Part shown: piece by piece, positions 31,454 to 40,956 of the stretch | How positions within the stretch are numbered: position 1 is the first letter of the stretch | Layout: every line of letters begins with the position of its first letter | Origin: Gammaproteobacteria bacterium | GTDB lineage: Bacteria > Pseudomonadota > Gammaproteobacteria > Methylococcales > DRLZ01 | Length of the DNA: 52,140 nucleotides | Assembly (NCBI GenBank): GCA_022600935.1 | Contig: JAHZJL010000020.1 | Location: forward strand, 1 to 52,140 | Reading direction: 5' to 3' | Made by a program: the position numbers and the translations under genes | Notes under the pieces: model-generated | What the model saw: only the letters and a program-made list of their open reading frames with translations | Told to the model about the DNA's origin: nothing | Database searches by the model: none

Positions 31454-31497
31454 ACTGACTGCATCTGGAAACAACCATGAATTGCATTCTGGAACAG

Positions 31498-32172
31498 TCA
31501 TTCTCTGGGTCCAAATAAAGCTGTTCCGATCCGTACCATCGTTGCACCTTCCACTATCGCCGCTTCCAGATCGGAAGACATTCCCATTGACAATGTATCC
31601 ATACTTGCAGATCGATATTGATTGAACAAACTGTTGGCCTGTTTGAATATGTAGCGTTGTTCACTGTGGCTTTCTGTTCGTTTCGGGATAAACATCAATC
31701 CTCTCAATACCACCCCTGACAATTGTCCGACCTGTTCAATCAATGCAGGAATATGATCAGGAATAACCCCGTGCTTGCTTGTTTCATGACTAATATTGAC
31801 TTGCAAACAGATATTCAGCGGCGCTAATTGTGGACGTCTCTGCTCACTGAGTCGGCGGGCGATTTTCAGCCGGTCCACGCTATGGACCCACGAAAAGTGA
31901 TTGGCAATGGCCGCAGTTTTATTGGATTGAACCGGACCGACAAAATGCCAGCAAAGCGGTACATGAGACAGTGCTTTTTGCTTTACCAAAGCTTCCTGAA
32001 CATAACTTTCAGCGAAGTGAAATTGACCGGCACGCCAGGCATCCAGCATCACATCCACTGATTTGGTTTTACTGACTGCAATCAGCTTTACCTCCCCGGG
32101 ATTGCGTCCGGCCTGCGCAGCAGAAATGTCAATTCGTTGTTTGACTACAGTCAAGTGTCTTGCAATCGTCAT
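31498..32172 (-). CDS. yggS: PLP homeostasis protein YggS
   Basis: LIAVSKT, WHFVGPVQSNK, LSMGMSSD and VRIGTALFG; divergent from pilT. Confidence 0.96.
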   Translation of the reverse strand: MTIARHLTVVKQRIDISAAQAGRNPGEVKLIAVSKTKSVDVMLDAWRAGQFHFAESYVQEALVKQKALSHVPLCWHFVGPVQSNKTAAIANHFSWVHSVDRLKIARRLSEQRRPQLAPLNICLQVNISHETSKHGVIPDHIPALIEQVGQLSGVVLRGLMFIPKRTESHSEQRYIFKQANSLFNQYRSASMDTLSMGMSSDLEAAIVEGATMVRIGTALFGPRE

Positions 32173-32252
32173 CTCAAGCAGTTTCTGATCTCTTGACTAT
32201 ACTTGGTATCAAAGCAATACACCACAAACACCAAGGGTTACGGTACTACATA

Positions 32253-33287
32253 ATGGATATCGCAGAATTACTTGCATTTTCAGTTAAAAACAACGCATCC
32301 GATTTACATCTGTCAGCAGGACTTCCACCGATGATTCGTGTCGATGGAGATATCAGACGAATCAATGTCGATCCGTTCGAGCACAAGCAAGTCCATGCCA
32401 TGATTTACGATATTATGAACGACAAGCAGCGTCGTGACTACGAGGAATTTTTTGAAACTGATTTCTCGTTTGAACTGCCTGGCGTCGCTCGTTTTCGTGT
32501 TAATGCGTTCAATCAGAATCGGGGAGCGGCAGGAGTGTTCAGAACAATTCCTTCCAAAATCCTTACCCTGGATGATCTGAAGTGTCCGAAATTTTTTGCA
32601 GATATCACTGAAAAACCAAAAGGAATCATTCTGGTTACAGGACCCACCGGTTCCGGCAAATCAACCACGCTGGCGGCAATGATCGACTATGTCAACAGCT
32701 CACGATATGAACATATTCTGACCGTGGAAGACCCGATTGAATTCGTTCATCAAAGCAAAAAATGTCTGATCAACCAGCGCGAAGTCCACCGCGATACACA
32801 TGGTTTTAACGAAGCATTACGTTCAGCACTGCGTGAAGATCCGGACATTATCCTGGTTGGTGAAATGAGAGACCTGGAAACCATTCGTCTGGCATTGACA
32901 GCAGCCGAAACAGGCCATCTGGTGTTTGGTACATTACATACCAGCTCCGCCGCCAAAACTATTGATCGTATCATCGATGTGTTCCCGGCTGCTGAGAAAG
33001 ACATGATTCGCGCCATGTTGTCGGAATCACTGCAAGCAGTTATTTCTCAAACTCTGTTGAAAAAAGTTGGCGGAGGACGCGTTGCTGGACATGAAATCAT
33101 GGTCGGAACACCGGCAATCAAAAACCTGATCCGTGAAGCCAAGGTTGCGCAAATGTACTCTGCAATTCAAACCGGACGCAAAGACGGCATGCAGACTCTG
33201 GATCAATGTTTGACTGAACTGGTTCAGCAACATTTAATCACTAAACAAACAGCGCGTCCTCGGGCTATCGATAAAAATCTGTTTTAA
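32253..33287 (+). CDS. pilT: Type IV pilus retraction ATPase PilT
   Basis: MDIAELLAFSVKNNASDLHLSAG, GPTGSGKST, LREDPD and AIKNLIRE motifs. Confidence 0.97.
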   Translation: MDIAELLAFSVKNNASDLHLSAGLPPMIRVDGDIRRINVDPFEHKQVHAMIYDIMNDKQRRDYEEFFETDFSFELPGVARFRVNAFNQNRGAAGVFRTIPSKILTLDDLKCPKFFADITEKPKGIILVTGPTGSGKSTTLAAMIDYVNSSRYEHILTVEDPIEFVHQSKKCLINQREVHRDTHGFNEALRSALREDPDIILVGEMRDLETIRLALTAAETGHLVFGTLHTSSAAKTIDRIIDVFPAAEKDMIRAMLSESLQAVISQTLLKKVGGGRVAGHEIMVGTPAIKNLIREAKVAQMYSAIQTGRKDGMQTLDQCLTELVQQHLITKQTARPRAIDKNLF

Positions 33288-33359
33288 GACAGGGATCAAT
33301 CAAGGTCTATAACAGTTCAGACAACTATTACACAGTATCAAGCGCACGGCACTCATTCT

Positions 33360-34490
33360 ATGGATATACAAGCACTACTGGCATTAATGTCAGAAAAAAA
33401 AGCATCTGACTTGTTTATTTCTGTTGGCAAACAACCCTCAATCAAAGTCGATGGGACGATTTATCCTGTCGGAAAGAAAAAGCTGACTCCGGAGGATTCC
33501 CGTGAGTTAATTTTGAGCGCAATGTCACCCAGTCAGCGCGCCGAACTGGAAACAATCAAGGAAGCGAATTTTGCGATCAGCACATCGAATGTCGGGCGTT
33601 TTCGTGCCAGTGCATTTATACAGCGTGATACAGTGGGAATGGTGGTGCGTCGAATCGTCAGCGAAATTCCATCGACTGAAGACTTGTTCCTGCCTAAATC
33701 TTTAAAAAACCTGGTCATGCAAAAACGTGGCCTGGTGCTGTTTGTGGGCGCGACGGGAACCGGTAAATCAACGTCTCTGGCTTCTTTAATCAAACATCGA
33801 AATCTGAACAGCAGTGGCCATATCATCACTATTGAAGATCCACTGGAATATATTCATAACCACGAAGGATGCATCGTCACTCAGCGTGAAGTGGGACTGG
33901 ACACTGAGTCCTATGAAATTGCTCTGAAAAACACATTGCGACAGGCTCCGGACGTGATTCTGATCGGGGAAATCAGAACCCGTGAAACCATGCAACATGC
34001 CATCACGTTTGCGGAAACCGGTCATTTGTGTCTGAGTACTCTGCACGCCAGTAATGCCAACCAGGCATTGGATCGTATCCTGCATTTTTTTCCCGAAGAA
34101 ATGCATCGCCAGGTGTTTATGGATTTATCACTCAATTTACGTGGTATTGTCGCTCAACAATTGGTCAAACGCGCCGATGGCAAGGGTCGTTATGCTGCGG
34201 TAGAAATCCTGCTCAATACACCGTTGGCAAGTGACCTGATCAGAAAAGGTGAAGTCCACAAATTGAAAGAATTGATGAAGCAATCGCGTGAACAAGGCAT
34301 GCAGACTTTCGATCAACACTTATATGATTTATACAAGCAAGGCAGAATCACATACGAAGATGCGTTACGTTCGGCAGATTCCATGAATGAAGTCAGACTG
34401 ATGATTAAACTCGGTGACTCAACTGGAGAGGATCCAACCAACTGGAGTAATGATGACAATGAACTGCTGTTGGTCTCTAACGAGGAATAA
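33360..34490 (+). CDS. pilU: Type IV pilus ATPase PilU
   Basis: GATGTGKSTS, LRQAPDVILIGE and NANQALDRI motifs; follows pilT. Confidence 0.96.
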   Translation: MDIQALLALMSEKKASDLFISVGKQPSIKVDGTIYPVGKKKLTPEDSRELILSAMSPSQRAELETIKEANFAISTSNVGRFRASAFIQRDTVGMVVRRIVSEIPSTEDLFLPKSLKNLVMQKRGLVLFVGATGTGKSTSLASLIKHRNLNSSGHIITIEDPLEYIHNHEGCIVTQREVGLDTESYEIALKNTLRQAPDVILIGEIRTRETMQHAITFAETGHLCLSTLHASNANQALDRILHFFPEEMHRQVFMDLSLNLRGIVAQQLVKRADGKGRYAAVEILLNTPLASDLIRKGEVHKLKELMKQSREQGMQTFDQHLYDLYKQGRITYEDALRSADSMNEVRLMIKLGDSTGEDPTNWSNDDNELLLVSNEE

Positions 34491-34623
34491 TGTCCAGGTA
34501 TTCCCCGAATAAAGTTGCTGAGACCCTTCTTTTACCCTTTTTTTACAATGAGATTTTGAAAGCGATTCGTCAATTTATACTACAATACTGATTCCATCGA
34601 TTTTTAATTCAGGACCCTCGATC

Positions 34624-35115
34624 ATGAGAATCAGCAGTCGCCTAGCTTTCTTTCTGGCTTCTTTGTTTTGCTTTGCGGCATTGGGTGTTGCCGCTTATTT
34701 CCAGTTTGTTGAAGAACTGGAACCCTGCCCTTTATGTATCACCCAACGTTTATTTATTCTGGCTGTCGGATTGGTTTGTTTGATTGCAGCTATCCATCAT
34801 CCCTCCAAAACTGGAAAAACCATTTACTCAATCATGGCCTCAGTATTCGCTTTTGGCGGAATGCTGGTGTCTGCCCGACATGTCTGGATTCAAAATCTTC
34901 CGGCTGAGGAAGTTCCCACTTGCGGGCCGGGATTATCATACATGATCAAAAATTTTCCGTTGACTCAAACCATCGAAGCAATGCTTAGTGGGACAGGTGA
35001 ATGTGCCGATATTTTATGGACATTCCTCGGTCTAAGCATCCCAGCCTGGACATGTATAGCATTCCTGGCATTATTCGTCTGGAATGTGCTGATCAGCAGA
35101 GGACGATTCAGCTGA
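34624..35115 (+). CDS. dsbB: Disulfide bond formation protein B
   Basis: PCPLCITQR, CGPGL, GECA and LGLSIP motifs; four TM helices. Confidence 0.95.
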   Translation: MRISSRLAFFLASLFCFAALGVAAYFQFVEELEPCPLCITQRLFILAVGLVCLIAAIHHPSKTGKTIYSIMASVFAFGGMLVSARHVWIQNLPAEEVPTCGPGLSYMIKNFPLTQTIEAMLSGTGECADILWTFLGLSIPAWTCIAFLALFVWNVLISRGRFS

Positions 35116-35670
35116 GTTCTGCTTGCATCTGATAACAAGGCGTTTTTAAACTCCAGTTAGTGAGTCGCTTGGTTGTCCTTTTCTACAGGTGCATAATTCT
35201 TTAATTTTTATGCCAACGCAGCGAAATCAGTCTGCGTAAGTCACTCAAGTTTTCAAACAATCGGGTTATATTTTCAACATCCATTGATTTCAGATCATCC
35301 AGTGTCTGGAGCAGTTCATGATGGATTAAAGAGTTTTTTGGTGTATCTGGGTGAATTGAACTGGATGAACTATTAAATTGTTATTTGACGCTATCAAGTC
35401 ATGCTGTGACAAAAATATGACGTTTACCCACTGTTACATCTACTTTTGAAAGATTCATCTCATTAAACTTATTCACAAATTTGCTTGATCTTGTTTGTTG
35501 TACTGATTGAATATAAATTGTTAACAGCCTAAACCCAGCACCAAACCAAACTTATCATATATCTTATTGAATATTAATGTTATTTTTGTTTTTCACTCAA
35601 GATTGACCAAAAACTTAACAATACCGCTAACTATCAATATTAATACATGCTGGAATCAGTTAACCTCAAG

Positions 35671-35705
35671 TTACTCACAAAGTTATCCACAGATTCTGTG
35701 GATAA
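35671..35705. promoter_or_regulatory. Cluster of three DnaA boxes (DARS-like core); a fourth box at 35469-35477
   Basis: TTACTCACA-aag-TTATCCACA-gattc-TGTGGATAA, plus TTATTCACA at 35469. Confidence 0.8.
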
Positions 35706-35767
35706 CAACCCCTCTTGTCGACTTGTCAAAACATTGACGAAATAGTGTGTGATTTGACCCATTCTGC

Positions 35768-37996
35768 ATGAAGACAATCATCCAGTCACAGAATGCAAAA
35801 CTGATTTGCCGAATTGCATTGTTAATCCCGGTTCGACGGTCATTTGACTATTTGCTTCCCGATGACTTAACAGTGCATACAAATCTGGTGGGTTGTCGTG
35901 TCATTGTTCCGTTTGGCAAGCAGACCAAAATCGGTGTTATGACAGACATTGATGTCAACTCAGAAATCGCTCCCTCAAAGCTCAAACCCATACAAGAACT
36001 GGTTGACCATACCCCGTTGTTTAACAAAACAGATATGCAATTGCTGAGCTGGGTTGCCAGTTACTACCACCACCCAATTGGTGATGTGTTGAATGCGGCT
36101 CTGCCTGGTCTGTTGAGAAAAAATCGAGCAGCCAGTCTGCCCAGGCAAACTGTGTTACGTTTAACCACTCAGGGCATGAGCATATCACTCGATACATTCA
36201 AACATGCCACAAGACAAGCAGTCTTGATGACAGCTTTGAAAAACAGCCCTCAACATCAATTAAGTACGCTTGAATTATCCAAACAGAAAATCACATGGCA
36301 ACAACCCGCAACATCATTAATTAATAAAGGCCTTGTTGAACGCATTCAATGCGATATCAATGTCTCGTCTCAACAACGTTCTGTGGCAGCGCCTTTACAC
36401 CTGACTCATGCTCAACGCATTGCGGTTGATGCTGTCAGTGAACAGCTCTCAGGGTTTGAAGTGTTTTTGCTCGATGGTGTCACTGGCAGCGGGAAGACAG
36501 AAGTTTACATGCAGTTAATACAACATGTCCTCAGGCAGGGTAAACAAGCTCTGGTTCTTTTACCCGAGATTGCCTTGACTCCGCAGTTGGAACAACGGTT
36601 TCTTTCGCGATTCAAGGAGAAAATCGCTGTCTATCATTCCGGTCTCACTGAAAAAGCACGGTTTCAAAACTGGCTTGAATTTCGAAATGGTATTGCCTCA
36701 ATCCTGCTAGGCACACGTTCCGCCAGTTTTATTCCGATGTCAAAACCCGGTTTGATCATTATTGACGAAGAACACGACCCGTCCTTCAAGCAGCAGGAAG
36801 GTTTTCGATTTTCAGCACGAAATGTAGCAATACGACGTGCCCAGTTACTGGATATCCCAATCGTTCTGGGCTCGGCTACACCATCGATTGAAACGTTTCA
36901 CAATGCGACGCGCAATCGTTACCGGCATTTAAAATTACCAGCGCGAACCGGAAATATCGATTTACCGGAAATTCAGTTACTGGATATCCGTAATCAAACC
37001 ATCCATGCCGGGCTATCCAATCCCTTAATTAAACTGATTGAGACAACGCTGAACAATCATCAGCAAATCATCATTTTCATAAACCGGCGTGGTTATGCGC
37101 CTGCTTTAACCTGTCATCAATGCGGGTGGGTTGCACGGTGTTCGCGCTGTGAAACCAATACTGTCGTTCATCATGGACAACAACGTTTACTGTGCCATCA
37201 TTGTGGTGCTGTCAACCTGCTACCTAAACATTGCCCGGCTTGTCACAGTACAGACCTTGTCTCGCTAGGTATCGGGACTGAGCGTGTTGAAAAATTCCTG
37301 CAACAACAATTTCCGGATTACAATACAGCTCGCTTCGATCGCGATAATATCCCCAACAAGGCAACTCTGGATACTATGCTAGAAGCGGTCAAAAGCCGTC
37401 AGATTGACATTTTGATAGGCACCCAAATGCTGGCCAAAGGGCACCATTTCCCCGGCGTCACTGTAGTTGCGGTGCTTGATACTGATCAAGGCTTGTTCAG
37501 CTCCGATTTCAGAGCTTCCGAGCGTCTGGCACAATTGATTATTCAGGTAGCAGGTCGTGCCGGCCGCGAACAAAAAGGCCGCGTGGTCTTGCAAACCCGG
37601 CAACCAGATCATCCACTGCTAGCCATGTTAATCAAACAGGATTATCCTAAATTTGCCCAACAGGCCTTGCAAGAACGATTTTCAGCAAAATTACCGCCAG
37701 CTTCACACCATGCCTTGTTTCGAGTCAGGGCAACCACTCAGGAATTACCCAATGCAGTCTTGCAAATGATCAGGAACGAACTGGAAACCTACACTGATGA
37801 AATACTGATACTGGGTCCAGTGCCATCACCGATGGAAAAAAAAGCCGGTCAATACAGATATCAGTTGTTAGTCCAGGCATCACAAAGAAAACCGTTACAT
37901 AACTGTCTGGATAAAATTATTCCATTTATCGAGAATCTAAAACTGGCAAAACGGGTACGCTGGTCAGTCGATGTTGATCCTATCGATTTATTTTGA
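35768..37996 (+). CDS. priA: Primosomal protein N'
   Basis: GVTGSGKTEVY, DEEHD, eight-Cys zinc region and QVAGRAGR motifs. Confidence 0.98.
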   Translation: MKTIIQSQNAKLICRIALLIPVRRSFDYLLPDDLTVHTNLVGCRVIVPFGKQTKIGVMTDIDVNSEIAPSKLKPIQELVDHTPLFNKTDMQLLSWVASYYHHPIGDVLNAALPGLLRKNRAASLPRQTVLRLTTQGMSISLDTFKHATRQAVLMTALKNSPQHQLSTLELSKQKITWQQPATSLINKGLVERIQCDINVSSQQRSVAAPLHLTHAQRIAVDAVSEQLSGFEVFLLDGVTGSGKTEVYMQLIQHVLRQGKQALVLLPEIALTPQLEQRFLSRFKEKIAVYHSGLTEKARFQNWLEFRNGIASILLGTRSASFIPMSKPGLIIIDEEHDPSFKQQEGFRFSARNVAIRRAQLLDIPIVLGSATPSIETFHNATRNRYRHLKLPARTGNIDLPEIQLLDIRNQTIHAGLSNPLIKLIETTLNNHQQIIIFINRRGYAPALTCHQCGWVARCSRCETNTVVHHGQQRLLCHHCGAVNLLPKHCPACHSTDLVSLGIGTERVEKFLQQQFPDYNTARFDRDNIPNKATLDTMLEAVKSRQIDILIGTQMLAKGHHFPGVTVVAVLDTDQGLFSSDFRASERLAQLIIQVAGRAGREQKGRVVLQTRQPDHPLLAMLIKQDYPKFAQQALQERFSAKLPPASHHALFRVRATTQELPNAVLQMIRNELETYTDEILILGPVPSPMEKKAGQYRYQLLVQASQRKPLHNCLDKIIPFIENLKLAKRVRWSVDVDPIDLF

Positions 37997-38073
37997 AACA
38001 GTGTTAAGGCCAATACTGCTGGATTTTTAAATTCTTGAGTTGAATGCTTGGAAGCCAATCAACCTGAACAGTT

Positions 38074-39867
38074 TTACTGTCTGCGTATTACCACCGGATC
38101 GACCCCGTACTCAGAAACGATCTGAGCAAAAACCATTGAATCATTGATCACCATGACATCAATAATTTCAGTGACATGAGCGGTTTCGGCATCAAAAGAT
38201 GTTTCTTCTTCTAAACGCATGACATGACCTACAACATTCGACCAGTTGTGATTGATTGCACGACTAGCCAATTGTATGGTGTAGATCTCAGAATCAGCTT
38301 GTAAAACCATGTGCTCGCTAACGGATGGTGTTACAATCGCTATATATGCTCCGTGTTCACGAGTATGCCAGCTGCCAAGCAGACTTTCCTGTTCAAACAG
38401 ACTGACCTGGAACGATTTGCCAGACACTTGACGAACCCTTAGTGCTGCAGTGTCGGCACCATTTGCCGTTTGTAAGCTGGTAAACACATAGGGACTTATC
38501 GCAAATTCCTGGTCAAACACAAGCTCCTTCCAGGCACCGTTTCCCTGAATATCAAACTGTCCAACCTGAATCATGGTTCCATCTGAAAAATTATAGACTC
38601 CAGGTTCGACGAACAGATAGGCTGCCTGCTCCATGGAATGCAGTTTATCCTGATAATTCCATTCTCTGAATCTGAGTTGTATTGTGAGAAGATCGGCATC
38701 TGTATTAACCTGAATCACTCCCGGTTGCACTCCTTCACTGGTTGGTACACCTGCAATCAAAACCAGAGGGTTCGGGGTTGATGATTGTGTGATCGTTGTC
38801 CACTGATGATCAAGATTAATCACATCAGCAAACAACTCAAAAGAGTGGTCAGGAATACTGAACACAGGCAGGTTTTCGTCAATATCCGGATCAATAGCGG
38901 TAACGTCATAATTAAATGATTGCCTAACTCCTTCAACGATGACATCTTTGACACGGACATGATAGACAACATCTGAATTTCCTTTGACTCTGGAAACATC
39001 GATACCGGGTTCCCAGCTAATGGTATTTTCCGGTGCAGTCAACAAATCCGTGCGTGGTGGTTGTGATCGAAAAATTACGTTCAGATTGATGGCCTCCCCT
39101 GTATCAGCTTCCATTTCAATTGATGAATTGCTGAAATCGGCATTAGCGTAGGAAAACGACCAGCGCGGAAATACGAGTTGATAGGGTACATAACCAGGTG
39201 GTGGCCAGCTCACAAATCCATCACGTGTTTCAGGTCTGGTTAAAAAAACCTGATCGTCTTGTATAACAGTTGCATGAGCCGGAAGAAAACCAAATTGATC
39301 TGGAATCACATTTCCGGTACCCATTTCGCGTGTTTGAGGATAAATAATCCAGCGTCTGTGCCCAACGGAACGATTATTTTCGCCGGGGTCTTTCATTAAT
39401 AAGGTGATAGCCTGATATCCATGTGTCCCCAACCCCAAATTTGAACGTCCTGCCGCTTCCAGGCCTGTTTTTGTAAAACAAGCCCAGGATTCAGATGGAG
39501 TATGGCTAAGATCATGGTTGGCCGACATCATCAAGGCTGCTGATCTGGCGATTGAATTCAATTCTGGATTGAACTTGACATCGGCATTCACTCCCGCCAT
39601 TGACCGAAAATAATTAATTCGTAATAAAATCGCCTGTTTATAGGTCTCGGAAGTCACTCCAGCCTGACATTCGGAAATATCGCCAATCCACTGTGGTTCT
39701 GTACCATTTGCCGCCAGGTAAACAGTCTTGAATAGATTTCTCACTGCTTCCCGGTCATGGATGTCTACTACCTGAATTGCAAAACACTGTGAGCTGAGCA
39801 AAACAATCAGGTAAAACACGCATTGCAACACAGCGTTTTTAACTGCAGGCAGTTCTAATGCTGGCAT
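38074..39867 (-). CDS. Secreted CAP/SCP-domain protein with C-terminal beta-repeat (H-type-lectin-like) region
   Basis: Signal peptide ending SQCFA; RINYFRSMAG, LSHTP and GHRRWII CAP motifs. Start at 39867 or 39915. Confidence 0.75.
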   Translation of the reverse strand: MPALELPAVKNAVLQCVFYLIVLLSSQCFAIQVVDIHDREAVRNLFKTVYLAANGTEPQWIGDISECQAGVTSETYKQAILLRINYFRSMAGVNADVKFNPELNSIARSAALMMSANHDLSHTPSESWACFTKTGLEAAGRSNLGLGTHGYQAITLLMKDPGENNRSVGHRRWIIYPQTREMGTGNVIPDQFGFLPAHATVIQDDQVFLTRPETRDGFVSWPPPGYVPYQLVFPRWSFSYANADFSNSSIEMEADTGEAINLNVIFRSQPPRTDLLTAPENTISWEPGIDVSRVKGNSDVVYHVRVKDVIVEGVRQSFNYDVTAIDPDIDENLPVFSIPDHSFELFADVINLDHQWTTITQSSTPNPLVLIAGVPTSEGVQPGVIQVNTDADLLTIQLRFREWNYQDKLHSMEQAAYLFVEPGVYNFSDGTMIQVGQFDIQGNGAWKELVFDQEFAISPYVFTSLQTANGADTAALRVRQVSGKSFQVSLFEQESLLGSWHTREHGAYIAIVTPSVSEHMVLQADSEIYTIQLASRAINHNWSNVVGHVMRLEEETSFDAETAHVTEIIDVMVINDSMVFAQIVSEYGVDPVVIRRQ

Positions 39868-40143
39868 TGCTTGATGATTCCGGTACAAATTCAAAATAAC
39901 ATCCACCATGGACAACTATTGTCTTGTCTCTTGTCAGAATAAAAGTGACATCAAATCAGGGTCATAGTTCTGCAATTATAGACAATGATTAAACTGATTG
40001 ACATCATCACCGGATTTAAAAAGGTTCGTTGCCATACAGAATACACGTTATAAAAAATATATTTTTTAATACTTATCTGAGCTATAAAAACATTTTATGT
40101 GTTGCATATTTCCTTAAAAATAAACAAATGCTGTCAATTTGCT

Positions 40144-40156
40144 TCGCATTTTGCAA
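40144..40156 (+). promoter_or_regulatory. LuxO/NtrC-type upstream activator site
   Basis: TCGCATTTTGCAA, one mismatch to the recalled Vibrio LuxO site TTGCA-W3-TGCAA, about 100 bp upstream of a sigma54 promoter. Confidence 0.55.
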
Positions 40157-40255
40157 TTATTTTTTTAAACAATTTTCTTTACTTTCAATTAACAAGAAAG
40201 TCTGGCTTTTGTGTATGAACAAACAAATTATTTATGATTTAGTGATTGGCTTTAA

Positions 40256-40271
40256 TGGCATATTTATTGCT
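40256..40271 (+). promoter_or_regulatory. sigma54 (-24/-12) promoter
   Basis: TGGCATATTTATTGCT with exact GG-N10-GC spacing, 35 nt before the response regulator start. Confidence 0.75.
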
Positions 40272-40306
40272 TGCATAAATAGTTGTTATCAATAAAAGGA
40301 GAAATA

Positions 40307-40846
40307 ATGAAAGTATTACTTGTTGATGATGCAATTGATGTCAGACTGTTTGTTTCAAAATATCTTGAACAATGGGGGTTTGAAGTCAAAGTTGCCAAAA
40401 ACGGAATAGAAGCTCTAGAACACATCAAGCAATTCAACATTCAACTGGTCATCAGTGACTGGATGATGCCTGAAATGGATGGGATTCAACTGTGTAATAA
40501 ACTGCGTACAACCGACCTTGGTCACTACATCTATCTGATTGTTTTAACGTCAAAATCCGAGCAGATTGATGTCGTGAAAGGTTTATCGTCAGGAGCTGAC
40601 GATTTTATCACAAAACCTATCAATATCGAGATATTACAAGCCAGAATCTATTCCGCCATGCGAATTATAGAAATGGAAAATAAATTAAAATATATGAATG
40701 ATATACTCATGCGACAAAATACTGATATCAAAAAAGCATATGTCCAGCTCGACGCCAATCTTCAGGAAATTCAACACATGATTGGAAATACGGAAGTTGT
40801 TGTCTTAACATCTGATAATGCTAACAAGGTATCAAATATCAAGTAA
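40307..40846 (+). CDS. Response regulator (REC plus coiled coil, no recognisable output domain)
   Basis: VLLVDD, DWMMPEMDG and GADDFITKP motifs; AGGAG RBS. Confidence 0.9.
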   Translation: MKVLLVDDAIDVRLFVSKYLEQWGFEVKVAKNGIEALEHIKQFNIQLVISDWMMPEMDGIQLCNKLRTTDLGHYIYLIVLTSKSEQIDVVKGLSSGADDFITKPINIEILQARIYSAMRIIEMENKLKYMNDILMRQNTDIKKAYVQLDANLQEIQHMIGNTEVVVLTSDNANKVSNIK

Positions 40847-40956
40847 TGTAGAAAGTTAAATCATCTATAATACAAGTAAGCAACACAGGTTATTTAAAAT
40901 AATCTTGTTTTAGTTATTGTGTTAATTTTAGTTTTAATTGTTTATTAAAATTTAGA

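Noticed and set aside
35116-35767. Replication origin oriC
   Set aside because: Only four boxes, no dnaA/gidA neighbours, and no obvious strand-skew switch by eye; the spacing fits a DARS core better. Not fully excluded without a skew plot.
40029-40295. 88-aa ORF
   Set aside because: AT-rich low-complexity frame covering the promoter and operator region.
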